Shown: positions 47,739 through 59,129, numbered from the whole stretch's first letter. The stretch: DNA of 63,623 bases, filler included, from Octopus bimaculoides (GCF_001194135.2; 5 parts of 5 records of this genome joined end to end with filler, not necessarily neighbours in it); one strand, 5' to 3'. Translations and numbers: made by a program. Notes: a model not told the origin generated them from the letters alone.

Positions 47739-48919
47739 CTGAAAACAATGAAGAAATAGTTAGAGATGTAAATATTTCTGGGGATATTTTCTGTTCCTAC
47801 AAATATATAAATACATATGATAATATATTTGTAATAAACTATACGATATTNNNNNNNNNNAAGAAAATATTCGTTATATATTCACATGATATATACAGAG
47901 ATTTAAACATCTATTGGATATACTCATACATTAAAATGCTCATCAGTTATATTGGAAGATTAACATATCACATAGACTTATAGACACTTTAAAATATTAA
48001 TTTGACATATTCACCAATTAAAGATCAATATGTCGATAGATTAAATATTAAAATATATATTTGGATTAATAGGTTACATAAAGGAATGCACGTGTAGAGA
48101 TTAAATTATGATATTGCATAATTATATACACTAATATCCATGTGTTGTTAAACGTATGTAAATCGGTACTTATGTAGAGGAAACGATTCAAAGTAACATA
48201 TAATCCAAAAATCTACTGAATAGGGTGGGAATCGATTAAGCTGTCTCTATTAATTGGTGGCTGATCGAATTACAGATTATATCAAAAAATGAAAGACAGA
48301 CACTCACACAAACGCTCACATATTTAATTTAGGATATTTTTATGAACGGGTTAGTTGGTGGAAGTTGTCTTATTCTCTGCCTTGACTGCCTCCATTTCAC
48401 GGTCTTTTACTTTTTATACCATTGTCTTGACTCATGTCACCATTCTCATCTGCCCCCTTATAATACACAGATTAATAGTAAATAGAGACATCGACCTAAC
48501 GAAATAATATCAACAAAGAACATGTTATCTATTAACAATTCTTCATCATCCTCAACGTTTCATCTGTTGTCAATATCTACAAGTACAACTCAACTTTCAG
48601 ATCAACTGAACGGTGGGTAGTCATTGATTCCAATTTAACAACGTTTAACATTTCGACCGTCTTATTCACCTGAATGGTACTGTTTTGGATGGTGATTCTT
48701 CAAACTATAGCACTTCATGTAGGCCTTATCATTCTCACAGCATATCTCGTGTGTATGTAAATGAAACTCTACTTTCATCTCTCTATAATGAATAAATCTA
48801 TCATTTAACAAGTTATATCATATATTTAGGGACTGGCTAAGCGCATTGCAACGGTTTTCAAATACACATTATTTGTGTATAAAGATATAAAGCAAAATAT
48901 TATTCAAATTTTGATTCAC

Positions 48920-48959
48920 CTGCAACAAAGAGGGCCGCGATAAGTATATACTTGTACAT
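48920..48959 (-). CDS. Gene 1 exon 1 CDS: signal peptide MYKYILIAALFVA, phase 1. Product is a small secreted Cys-rich protein of unknown family.
   Basis: ttcaacATG context; 40 nt followed by donor gtgaat; TATA box 94 nt upstream of the ATG; splices in frame to exon 2. Confidence 0.88.
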
Positions 48960-49045
48960 GTTGAAAGATGTTTTTACTGGTATTTCAGATGGTCTCAGCA
49001 GTAGTTCAGTAAGGCGTTGAATAATTATAGTGAAAACGCTCCTTA

Positions 49046-49053
49046 TATTTATA
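49046..49053 (-). promoter_or_regulatory. TATA box of gene 1
   Basis: TATAAATA, with an Inr-like TTATTC about 30 nt downstream. Confidence 0.7.
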
Positions 49054-49097
49054 GTTACATATACCTCATTAATATTAATTACATTATTGATTGCTAC

Positions 49098-49108
49098 CAA
49101 CATATGTG
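49098..49108 (-). promoter_or_regulatory. CATATG E-box (CACATATGTTG), 45 nt upstream of the gene 1 TATA box
   Basis: The same 11-mer, in gene orientation, occurs upstream of gene 2. Confidence 0.4.
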
Positions 49109-49884
49109 TCCCATACGTTCTGACATTATTTGAACATTAATTAAATTTCATTCAAATATTTCAGTAGAATATTTACACTATAGTCTTGTATTGTTTCTCT
49201 TTTGTGTAAATACATATGTAAATAAGTTAATTACCCATCATTCAATGTTCACAATTAAAGTCCCAATACCGTTAGCTTTACTTTATAAACATCTGTCATA
49301 CTTTTACACCTGAATTAATACTAGTAATATAGATTTTGTTTTTAGAATTCCTTTCAATTTGTAAACTAAGAGTTTCGATATAAATGAATAAAGTTTTGAA
49401 ATTAAGAACAAAAGCCAAATAAATTATTTCCCTACCTCATTATCATTGACACGTGGTAAAATTGAACTCTGAATAATAAAATAAGAAAGCATACTATCAT
49501 GCAACTTGACGATTTTGTGATACGGTTTCGATTTTTGGAAAAGCGGCAATGACCATTGGAGCTCAAAAATTTCTCATCAATCTAAAATCGTGGATTAGAG
49601 AAGAGTGGTAATATGGTGAGAAATTACAGGCTTTTCTGAAAGGGAAAAATATCCACAAATAAATTAATCAACTAGCGTATGTGGTGTTTTGACCTGCCAA
49701 TAATAGCAGCGAAATACTGCTCATTCCACATATAAATACTCTTTGGAATAAATACCGTTGTTGATCTAGCTATAGACCTAGCTGTAGACCTAGCTATAGA
49801 CACCTTTAATTTTCAAAATCTTTTATTTCGTACGCAAAGCGAACAATCGAAATGTAACCGATAGGTAGGACTACATACTTTAGT

Positions 49885-51050
49885 ATTTAGCTGACAGTCC
49901 CTTTGCAGTTTTTTTATTCAGAAACTCTTTTTGTCGTTGAACTGATGAGCTTTGTGATTGTCTCTTGTGAAATCTCTGCTCACTTTTCACGCAAAAATCG
50001 AATCAATTCAACTTTAGATTTAGGTTTTTGTCGAGTTCTCCGTATAGTTCTATCTAGTATGCTCCAAAGATTTTCAATTGGGTTCATGTCNNNNNNNNNN
50101 CTATCTAGTATGCTCCAAAGATTTTCAATTGGGTTCATGTCAGGAGATTGACTCGACCAAGGAAGATTTTTGATCCCATTTTCAGTCAGCCATTGCTGAT
50201 TCCTTTTCGCTGTGTGGCATGGAGTCCCATCTTCCATGAATAAAACTCTTTTTTTGTTATGTTATCTTGTGAATACATCGGATGTAGTCCTTGCTTAAGC
50301 ATTTCGATGTGTTTATCAGTTTATGGTTCCAATACATTTGATCAGCTCTGAACGACCATTGCTGGTGACAGCTCCCCATGCCATTACAGAGATACCTCCT
50401 TGTTTCACAGTCGGCTGGAGTAGTTTCAAATCAAATTCTTGATTAGGAAGCCTCCACGGACAAATACGTCCACTGTCTGAAAATAATGCAAATATAGATT
50501 CATCTCAGAAATCACTCTATCCCAAAATGAAGTGGATTTTTCTGACATCTCCTTAGCCNNNNNNNNNNATCCCAAAATGAAGTGGATTTTTCTGACATCT
50601 CCTTAGCCCATTTCTTTCATTTTATGATATTAATTGGTTGAAGGAGAGGTGTTCTTCTAGCTGCTCGTCCATAATACCCAAGGTTATGCAGATATGTAAC
50701 ANNNNNNNNNNATAATACCCAAGGTTATGCAGATATGTAACACATGTTCTTGGACTAACTTTGACCTGTTTGCAATCTCAGAAGCCTTCGAACGGGGTTC
50801 GTTTTCCACAATTCTCTTCAAACAGCGNNNNNNNNNNTCTCTTCAAACAGCGAAGCTTCCTTTCCGAGGGCTCAGGTCGGCCGGGACGAGAATTTGTTGA
50901 TTCTTTTCCTTGGCTTATGAATTGCACTATAATTCTATTATTAACAGTAACAAGAGGGATTTGAAGATTTTGGGCAATCTTTCGCTGGCTAAGACCAGCC
51001 TCAGTTTGCCCAACAATACGACCTCTATGAAAATCTAACAGATTTGCTGA
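49885..51050 (-). mobile_element. Decayed Tc1 transposon (DD34E transposase)
   Basis: N-terminal [28 protein letters not shown], followed by first-D (DES), MAWGA, MEDGTPCH and SPDMNPIENLW motifs; 34 residues between D and E; stops and frameshifts; TIRs not located. Confidence 0.9.
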
Positions 51051-51086
51051 ATATATATATATATATATATATATATNNNNNNNNNN

Positions 51087-51111
<25 letters not shown>

Positions 51112-51118
<7 letters not shown>

Positions 51119-51482
51119 TGGAGTTGGCCCCTTTGACTACTACTGTATGATCTCTATCTTTCAGAAAATTATATAGGCACTTCCCTAGTATTCCCATTGG
51201 ACGGAGATCATGCAGTTTATAACATATTATACGATGATCGACTTCATCGACGACTTTCAGAAAGTTGAGATTTATCCTATCCACATTTGAATGGTTAAGC
51301 AAGTGCTTCAGCACCCGGTTATAGTGTTGTAAGAACTACTTCAGTCAGCTATTCCTTCGTCGGAAAGCATTTTGGGTGTTGTGAGAAAGTAATTTTCTTC
51401 CAATAACGTGATTAGTTTCCCTCGGATAACTGTTCCATCGTCCCATGGCTTTGCTGACGTGCGAGATTATAGAGATGGCGTA
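51112..51482 (-). mobile_element. CR1-type LINE reverse-transcriptase fragment, decayed
   Basis: LLNHSNVDRINLNFLKVVDEVDHRIICYKL..GILGKCLYNFLKDRDHTVVVKG corresponds to the YLDFAKAFDKVDH...WIxxFLxxRxQxVxVNG region. Confidence 0.75.
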
Positions 51483-52572
51483 CATAGAAAGGGGTGGATT
51501 TACAAATGACGCTGACAAATAAATATAAAATCAAAGAGTGTGCTGAGGTATTAGGGCATTAACAATATATTCAAATTCATATATTGCCAACTGAAAAAAT
51601 ATTAGATTCGCACATTCACCTGGAGAAAATTATTTCGTATAATTCCAAATCCATATCAACTGATGTAAGCAATATGAAATAAAAACACCGACAATGATAT
51701 ATTAACGATTACACATAGATTCCTCCTTCACATTATCTTTTATTTTTTCTCTACTACTATTGTCTGTTATGATTCTGAATATTTCCAATGTAGTCGCTGC
51801 TCACACTTGAGTATAGAACTATATAAATACAAGTAAAATCTTTCAGAATCACTCTCCTTATCTCTGCACTTTTCTGTAAGAAAACCTGTTAATTAAATTG
51901 AGAAGTTTTGAACTCGAAAAGTAGAATTAAAAATTTCCTAAATTTAAACTAATTTCATGATTTAATAACGACCACAAGAATGAGTTTTTCTTCAAATTTT
52001 ATATATGTTTTCAACAAGATTGCGGATTATAAGTGTTTATCTGTTAATCCTTTATAATACTTTCTAATATTTATATGAGCAAAATATTTCTTTTCTAGAA
52101 TTAAAACCTATCATGTAGAAACAAATTGATATTTCTTAAAATGTATTTAAAGAAAGTATTAAATTAATTAACTTGTATGAAAATTCATAGGTATATATGC
52201 AAAGGGATTTATTGTTCAAAGATTAACGATGACAGATATCATTTTATGAGGAAACAATATTGAAATAAAATTGAAATATCTTTCATTAAGAATATTAAAA
52301 TCTTGATGCTTGGACAGTTGGTAAAAGTTAATAAATATCATATATAGATATTCCACCCAATCTGATTTCGAAACCTTAACATTTATTTTGAATAATTGAG
52401 AAACATATTAACATCTACTGTGTCACATTTTGTAAAGAATTATTTCAGCTAAAAGAATTATTATTGTAAATAATTTATCAATAACATCTAATTAATGTAA
52501 TTAAAATCAACTTTCGATAATGAAGAGAAATGAATTTCAATGCCTCAATATAGATTATGAAGAAGACCTTGT

Positions 52573-52583
52573 CACATATGTTG
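52573..52583 (+). promoter_or_regulatory. CATATG E-box (CACATATGTTG), 90 nt upstream of the gene 2 TATA box
   Basis: Identical 11-mer to the gene 1 promoter. Confidence 0.4.
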
Positions 52584-52672
52584 CACTCTTTTTGTGCATG
52601 TCTTTCAAAAGAACATTTCATTCAGAGATATTTCAATGAATAAATTAGCCTATCGATTCAACTTTACACTCT

Positions 52673-52680
52673 TATAAATA
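52673..52680 (+). promoter_or_regulatory. TATA box of gene 2
   Basis: TATAAATA 88 nt upstream of the ATG at 52761. Confidence 0.68.
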
Positions 52681-52760
52681 TGCTTCGTTGTTGCTTGTAA
52701 AACACTCACATCACAACACAGCTGAAGAGATCCTCGCCGAGAAGATAAAAACATATCAAA

Positions 52761-52800
52761 AATGTTGAGACTTATCGTACTTGTCACCGTCTGCATTGTG
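52761..52800 (+). CDS. Gene 2 exon 1 CDS: signal peptide MLRLIVLVTVCIV, phase 1 (secreted protein)
   Basis: caaaaATG context; 40 nt followed by consensus donor gtaagt; basic n-region plus hydrophobic h-region; same length and phase as gene 1 exon 1. Confidence 0.78.
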
Positions 52801-53159
52801 GGTAAGTCAGCTTCTATGTCATTCTCTTAGATGATGCTGTTATTGAAATTTAAAGAAGCACTAAGTATCACATGTATATGTTTATTAATCCTGTTGTATA
52901 TGATTATATATGCAGTTTGTTTATATTGCTTCTGTATAGGTTTTCGTTTCGTAGATGCAATTAATGAAGCAAGCGGCATTAAGAAGACTTGAGAGGCTGA
53001 TACATATATCAGTTGATCCGTCATCTTCCTTCTAACGAAGCTTCGGTGCCGTCCATATACTATACATTCCCTCTNNNNNNNNNNTTCCTTCTAACGAAGC
53101 TTCGGTGCCGTCCATATACTATACATTCCCTCTTCCTTCTCTTCATTACACACATATGT

Positions 53160-53370
53160 AGCGAAGGTGCATGGCCTAGTGGTTAGTGTGCTGGTCTCAC
53201 AATAGCAAGATTGTGGCTTCGATTTCTGCGCGGAGCGTTGTGTCGTTGAGCAAAACACTTCATTTCACTTTCCTCCGGTCCACTCAGCTACAAATAAGTG
53301 GATATACCATAGACTGGAGACCCACATAGCGGGTGGGAACGTTGTGATCCCGATCACTTCCACAGAGTAG
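53160..53370 (+). mobile_element. SINE family D-like copy with a different tail, diverged
   Basis: GGCCTAGTGGTTAGTGTG head and GAGCAAAACACTTCATTTCAC..CCACTCAGCT core. Confidence 0.65.
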
Positions 53371-54805
53371 CCGTTGTATAAGTTCTAAGACCTGTCTAGC
53401 ACCATAAGTTGCACAGCCGTTCAGATACGGTAGCTTCGAATGGCAAATGCATTATGAACTTAGGTTGTCAATATATTAAGTATTTTGTAACAATGTGAAC
53501 AAGATTAGTCGACTGTTTGCAATCTTTATGCACGAAACTAAGTATCTTTAGTGTAAGAACTACACTCATTGAAGTTACCAATGGTTTGAGGAAAATACAC
53601 GCGCCACTTGTTGTGCTTTCAAAACATTTTCTTCATCATTATGTATAATATTTTAAAATATATGAAAGAAGANNNNNNNNNNAATTCAAGTGACTTGGAA
53701 ATGTGTAAATTGGGTTACAGGAAATTCTGAGCCTTTTAGTCGTAATGCGTTAACGACACAGTAAATTTACATATTGGTTTTGCTAAGTTATCCTTTCTCA
53801 CTGATTCAAAAAATTTATGCATATATTTATATATGCATACATTGAATAATAATTATGAATGCACACACACACAAACATACATACGCGATAAGTATGGCCG
53901 AATGCTTCCACTCGCAAAGATGCAGGCCTGCGTTGAAACCTCTGCATTGTCATTTGGTTAAATGTTATTTCGTACTTGCAGGTCGACCCATAGGGGTTTG
54001 GGTAGATGGAAAACGTAGGGATTCGAAACATATAGTCTTGTAACAAACTGATTCATGCTCATTCTGCTTGAGTATTCCGGTAAGGGTACATGCATCCTTG
54101 GAATACATAGCCACGTACATATTTATTAAGAAGTACAATTGTCTGATACCCTGAATCCTCACCGTCAAAAAAAGTGTGTGTGTGNNNNNNNNNNNNNNNN
54201 NNNNNNNNNNNNNNNNNNNNNNNNNNNNNNNNNNNNNNNNNNNNNNNNNNNNNNNNNNNNNNNNNNNNNNNNNNNNNNNNNNNNNNNNNNNNNNNNNNNN
54301 NNNNNNNNNNNNNNNNNNNNNNNNNNNNNNNNNNNNNNNNNNNNNNNNNNNNNNNNNNNNNNNNNNNNNNNNNNNNNNNNNNNNNNNNNNNNNNNNNNNN
54401 NNNNNNNNNNNNNNNNNNNNNNNNNNNNNNNNNNNNNNNNNNNNNNNNNNNNNNNNNNNNNNNNNNNNNNNNNNNNNNNNNNNNNNNNNNNNNNNNNNNN
54501 NNNNNNNNNNNNNNNNNNNNNNNNNNNNNNNNNNNNNNNNNNNNNNNNNNNNNNNNNNNNNNNNNNNNNNNNNNNNNNNNNNNNNNNNNNNNNNNNNNNN
54601 NNNNNNNNNNNNNNNNNNNNNNNNNNNNNNNNNNNNNNNNNNNNNNNNNNNNNNNNNNNNNNNNNNNNNNNNNNNNNNNNNNNNNNNNNNNNNNNNNNNN
54701 NNNNNNNNNNNNNNNNNNNNNNNNNNNNNNNNNNNNNNNNNNNNNNNNNNNNNNNNNNNNNNNNNNNNNNNNNNNNNNNNNNNNNNNNNNNNNNNNNNNN
54801 NNNNN

Positions 54806-54838
54806 GCGTTGCAAAGAAAATGTATATGAAATTATGTG
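54806..54838 (+). CDS. Gene 2: candidate 3' end of an internal exon emerging from a gap (VAKKMYMKLC + G, phase 1)
   Basis: Consensus donor gtg|gtgagt at 54839; this frame ends on Cys + phase 1, like gene 1 exon 3 (FMDSVC). An alternative frame, RCKENVYEIM, is also open. Confidence 0.45.
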
Positions 54839-55071
54839 GTGAGTTTTAGGTTCATGTTCTTTCATTAATATGTGTAGATACGGAATAATTTTGCATTCTG
54901 ATCTCTTCCACATGTATAGATTATAGTCATAGACATATACATATAATTGTGTGAGGATGTGTGTGTGTGTTTGTGTGTGTGTGTTTGTTTGTGTGTGCCT
55001 GTGTATGTGTGTGTGTACATATGTATATAATGCAATGCCACGTTCGCGGAATGACTTGTATTATATTACAT

Positions 55072-55102
<31 letters not shown>

Positions 55103-55360
55103 ATTTGTGTGTGTGTGTCTGTGTGTGAGTGTGTGTATGTGTGCATATACATGTATGTGTGTGTCTTCATACATGTGTGTGTGTGAGTGTATACATATAT
55201 GTTCCTGTACTTTGAACTAATTTGGTTTTTTATAACTNNNNNNNNNNNNNNNNNNNNNNNNNNNNNNNNNNNNNNNNNNNNNNNNNNNNNNNNNNNNNNN
55301 NNNNNNNNNNNNNNNNNNNNNNNNNNNNNNNNNNNNNNNNNNNNNNNNNNNNNNNNNNNN

Positions 55361-55386
55361 GCTGCCGGTTATCAAATGCTGCAAGG
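55361..55386 (+). CDS. Gene 2: candidate 3' end of a further exon emerging from a gap (frame undetermined)
   Basis: Consensus donor agg|gtgagt at 55387; CTAAT branch-like motif and a T-tract sit just before the gap (55217-55237); all three frames are open over the visible 26 nt. Confidence 0.4.
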
Positions 55387-55729
55387 GTGAGTTATTATTA
55401 TTATTATTATTATTATTATCATTATTATTATAATTTTATGTTTGACATTTGCTTTACATTTGTTACAATTTTGCTCCATGTCTCACCCAGAATCTTCAAG
55501 AGACAAGTTAGAAGTTCAAGTTGGTGCTTAGAGTGCCATATATTTGGTTTTGTACATAGTGTTGTTCTAGAGAANNNNNNNNNNTATATTTGGTTTTGTA
55601 CATAGTGTTGTTCTAGAGAATGTTTAAGAAACCACAAGAAGATTATGTTTGTTTTAAAACATGAGATTAAATAGAAAGAATTTCGCGTAGGATATGGGCA
55701 GTTTCCATGAGCACTATCTTTTTAATTTC

Positions 55730-55829
55730 NNNNNNNNNNNNNNNNNNNNNNNNNNNNNNNNNNNNNNNNNNNNTTAATTAATTAANNNNNNNNNNNNNNN
55801 NNNNNNNNNNNNNNNNNNNNNNNNNNNNN
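55730..55829. other. Artificial scaffold-join spacer N44-TTAATTAATTAA-N44
   Basis: Same 100-bp structure. Confidence 0.97.
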
Positions 55830-55874
<45 letters not shown>

Positions 55875-55877
<3 letters not shown>

Positions 55878-55944
55878 GTTTAGCTTAATGGTTAGAGCAC
55901 TCAGCCAGTATCTGCTGGGTACGGGTTCGAATCCCGTAGTTGCC
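55875..55944 (+). mobile_element. tRNA-derived SINE head or tRNA pseudogene
   Basis: A-box TAGCTTAATGG, T-arm ACGGG-TTCGAAT-CCCGT and a plausible D-arm, but no acceptor stem and a weak anticodon stem. Confidence 0.6.
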
Positions 55945-56917
55945 TGCTTACAACATTTCACTGGTGGTGCTCTAGCATGGATGCAGCTTTACGGCTAAAA
56001 CATACACAAGAATAAAAGAATATGTATATATGTATGTGTGTGTGTGTATATGTATCTATGAATGCATGAATATATGTCTGTATTGGGTTGTCAGATAAAT
56101 GTGTTTGTACACCCCTCCCCGCATTTATTTTAATCTTTTCCAATGCTATTTGAATTAAGACGAAACATATTTTCAAGCCTATCTTGCCTGAACATCCTGC
56201 AGGACGAAAAGCAAAACTTATCAAATGGCGGATAAACTCAGAAGACTCCAACAATCATCCGAAAAATTGCGAGTCAGAGACCATAAGTCTCTGTTCACTC
56301 GTCTCTCTTGGAGAAAGAAAACTCTGATGTAAAACCTACGACTTCGTTTGCATCCAACGATGTCGACAAGTTCTTCGTTTTGGGCAAATGCATATGTTGT
56401 TCAGAGAGTGGGATTGGCCCTGTACAAGGCCTTAACTTCACTTTTAAAAGCTTCAGGCACACGCATCACTTTTTTGACGATGTATGCGTTGCATACTGTA
56501 ACTTGCCGTAACCGAGAACGGAAAAACACTCAAAGCAAAAATTCCATGAATGAATAAAGGTATTTGTAGCGTGGATGGTAACTCTCCTAACATTTGTAGC
56601 AAGAAGCACCCATCATTGCAACATGTGTACAAAAATATAAAGGCCTTTAGCGGGGAAGAAAAGCCACTTTTGTGGTGCTTTAAGAAAACAATCAAGTCAT
56701 GTCATTGCTCGAACTCGAGCGGCAACCATGATGCATGTATAACACTGTACTTCCCTTTTTGACGACCGTTCAAACAGCAACTTGATATGAACAGTTGATA
56801 AAGACGAGCTCTATCATTTTAATATAATTAATTAAATTCTTCATTAAGATATAAATATATTGCTTAATTAGGCTCACCAGTGGTTGTCTTACCTAACATA
56901 TTAGATTATATATATGT

Positions 56918-57006
<89 letters not shown>

Positions 57007-57007
<1 letters not shown>

Positions 57008-57489
57008 CCTTCAAACGAGCCCACAACCTAAGTGACCTCCTGGTCCACAGTTTCTTCCCTAACCCCACCTACCAACCCGGCTCGTTCCCATGCTGCCATT
57101 CACGCTGCCGCACTTGCCCCTACCTCTCCAACACTACCATCTTCACAAGCACCCATCATCGACCCTATCATATCACTGACTCTTTCACCTGCACTTCTAG
57201 CAACGTCATTTACTGCATCTCCTGCTCTGTCCTTCTCTGTACATCGGTCAAACGAGACGCCGCTTGGCTGACCGGTTCGCAGAACACTTCCGAGACATCA
57301 GACTCCGCAACGACACCCCGGTCTCGCCCATTTCCGCTTTACCGGTCATCCTTACAACACCTGTCTGTGTTCGGATTGTCCTTGCACAGGGGCCATCCGG
57401 ACTCCCGTCTTCACCGTGAACAGGATTTAATCTTCTCTCTTCGCTCCTTTGCGCCACATGGGTTCAATTCCCTTCCCCTCTTCATCTGA
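57007..57489 (+). mobile_element. Penelope-like element GIY-YIG endonuclease C-terminal fragment (frameshifted)
   Basis: CxxxRCRTCPY...FTCTSSNVIYCISC, then after a frameshift YIGQTRRRLADRFAEHFRDIR...REQDLIFSLRSFAPHGFN; followed by a pyrimidine-rich 3' region. Confidence 0.9.
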
Positions 57490-58711
57490 CTCCTTTATCC
57501 TCTTTTCTTCTCACACCTACTTCCTCTCTTCACTCCCACCCACCTCTCATCTCTCTTGCTTTGATACCTACTTCCTCTCTTCATTCCTACCCACCTTCTC
57601 CCTTCCATCCTCTCCCTTCATCCTCACCCCCTCCATCGTTACCTACACATCCCAACCCCACCATCCCTATACATCCCATCTCACCTCCACCCCGCCCTCA
57701 CCCTTACACCTCACTCCCACATTCCCCACCCTACCCCTACACCTCACCACAACCCACACCACCACACCACAACACCACACCATCACAACACAGCACACAA
57801 TNNNNNNNNNNNNNNNNNNNNNNNNNNNNNNNNNNNNNNNNNNNNNNNNNNNNNNNNNNNNNNNNNNNNNNNNNNNNNNNNNNNNNNNNNNNNNNNNNNN
57901 NNNNNNNNNNNNNNNNNNNNNNNNNNNNNNNNNNNNNNNNNNNNNNNNNNNNNNNNNNNNNNNNNNNNNNNNNNNNNNNNNNNNNNNNNNNNNNNNNNNN
58001 NNNNNNNNNNNNNNNNNNNNNNNNNNNNNNNNNNNNNNNNNNNNNNNNNNNNNNNNNNNNNNNNNNNNNNNNNNNNNNNNNNNNNNNNNNNNNNNNNNNN
58101 NNNNNNNNNNNNNNNNNNNNNNNNNNNNNNNNNNNNNNNNNNNNNNNNNNNNNNNNNNNNNNNNNNNNNNNNNNNNNNNNNNNNNNNNNNNNNNNNNNNN
58201 NNNNNNNNNNNNNNNNNNNNNNNNNNNNNNNNNNNNNNNNNNNNNNNNNNNNNNNNNNNNNNNNNNNNNNNNNNNNNNNNNNNNNNNNNNNNNNNNNNNN
58301 NNNNNNNNNNNNNNNNNNNNNNNNNNNNNNNNNNNNNNNNNNNNNNNNNNNNNNNNNNNNNNNNNNNNNNNNNNNNNNNNNNNNNNNNNNNNNNNNNNNN
58401 NNNNNNNNNNNNNNNNNNNNNNNNNNNNNNNNNNNNNNNNNNNNNNNNNNNNNNNNNNNNNNNNNNNNNNNNNNNNNNNNNNNNNNNNNNNNNNNNNNNN
58501 NNNNNNNNNNNNNNNNNNNNNNNNNNNNNNNNNNNNNNNNNNNNNNNNNNNNNNNNNNNNNNNNNNNNNNNNNNNNNNNNNNNNNNNNNNNNNNNNNNNN
58601 NNNNNNNNNNNNNNNNNNNNNNNNNNNNNNNNNNNNNNNNNNNNNNNNNNNNNNNNNNNNNNNNNNNNNNNNNNNNNNNNNNNNNNNNNNNNNNNNNNNN
58701 NNNNNNNNACC

Positions 58712-59112
58712 CATATCTTTTATCTTTTCTTATACTTGTTTCTGACATTTGACAGCGGCCATGCTTCGGCACCAACTTGCAGGATTTTAGTCGAATAAAT
58801 CAACCCTAGTACTTATTCTATCGACCTGTTCTCCGAACCGCTAAATTAAAGGGACGTAAACGCACCAGCACTGGTTGTCAAGTGGTGGTGGTGGTGGTGG
58901 ACAAACATAGACACACATATAAACATATACAGACTCATATATACATATACGATGATCTTCCTTCGGTTTCCGTTCACCAAATCCACTCACAAGGCTTTGG
59001 TCATTCCGAGACTGTAGTAGAAGATACCTGCCCAAGGTGCCATGCAGTGGAACTGAACCCGGAACCATGTGTTTGGGAAGTAAGCTTCCTACTACACAGC
59101 CACGCCTGCGCC
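58712..59112 (-). mobile_element. SINE family B, full length
   Basis: Body, microsatellite and head ending CCACGCCTGCGCC. Confidence 0.88.
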
Positions 59113-59129
59113 TCTGTGTGCGTATAGAT

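Noticed and set aside
48671-48780. Candidate exon MKVEFHLHTHEICCENDKAYMKCYSLKNHHPKQYHS inside gene 1 intron 1
   Set aside because: It is in frame only through a weak GAG acceptor (the preferred TAG gives an immediate stop), and it would interrupt the signal peptide that exon 2 completes cleanly.
50050-50850. Apparent ~40-bp direct duplications on either side of 10-N gaps (also at 53075 and 55575)
   Set aside because: Identical sequence on both sides of a 10-N gap is an unmerged contig overlap, not a biological duplication.
53982-54079. Candidate exon 2 of gene 2 (strong acceptor and donor; would give intron 1 the same 1181-nt length as in gene 1)
   Set aside because: Stops in all three frames and no Cys-pattern similarity to gene 1 exon 2. 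The equal intron length is probably coincidence, as both introns contain gaps and are not visibly homologous.
55875-55944. Functional tRNA gene
   Set aside because: The acceptor stem cannot form and the anticodon loop lacks the conserved U33; better explained as a SINE head or pseudogene.
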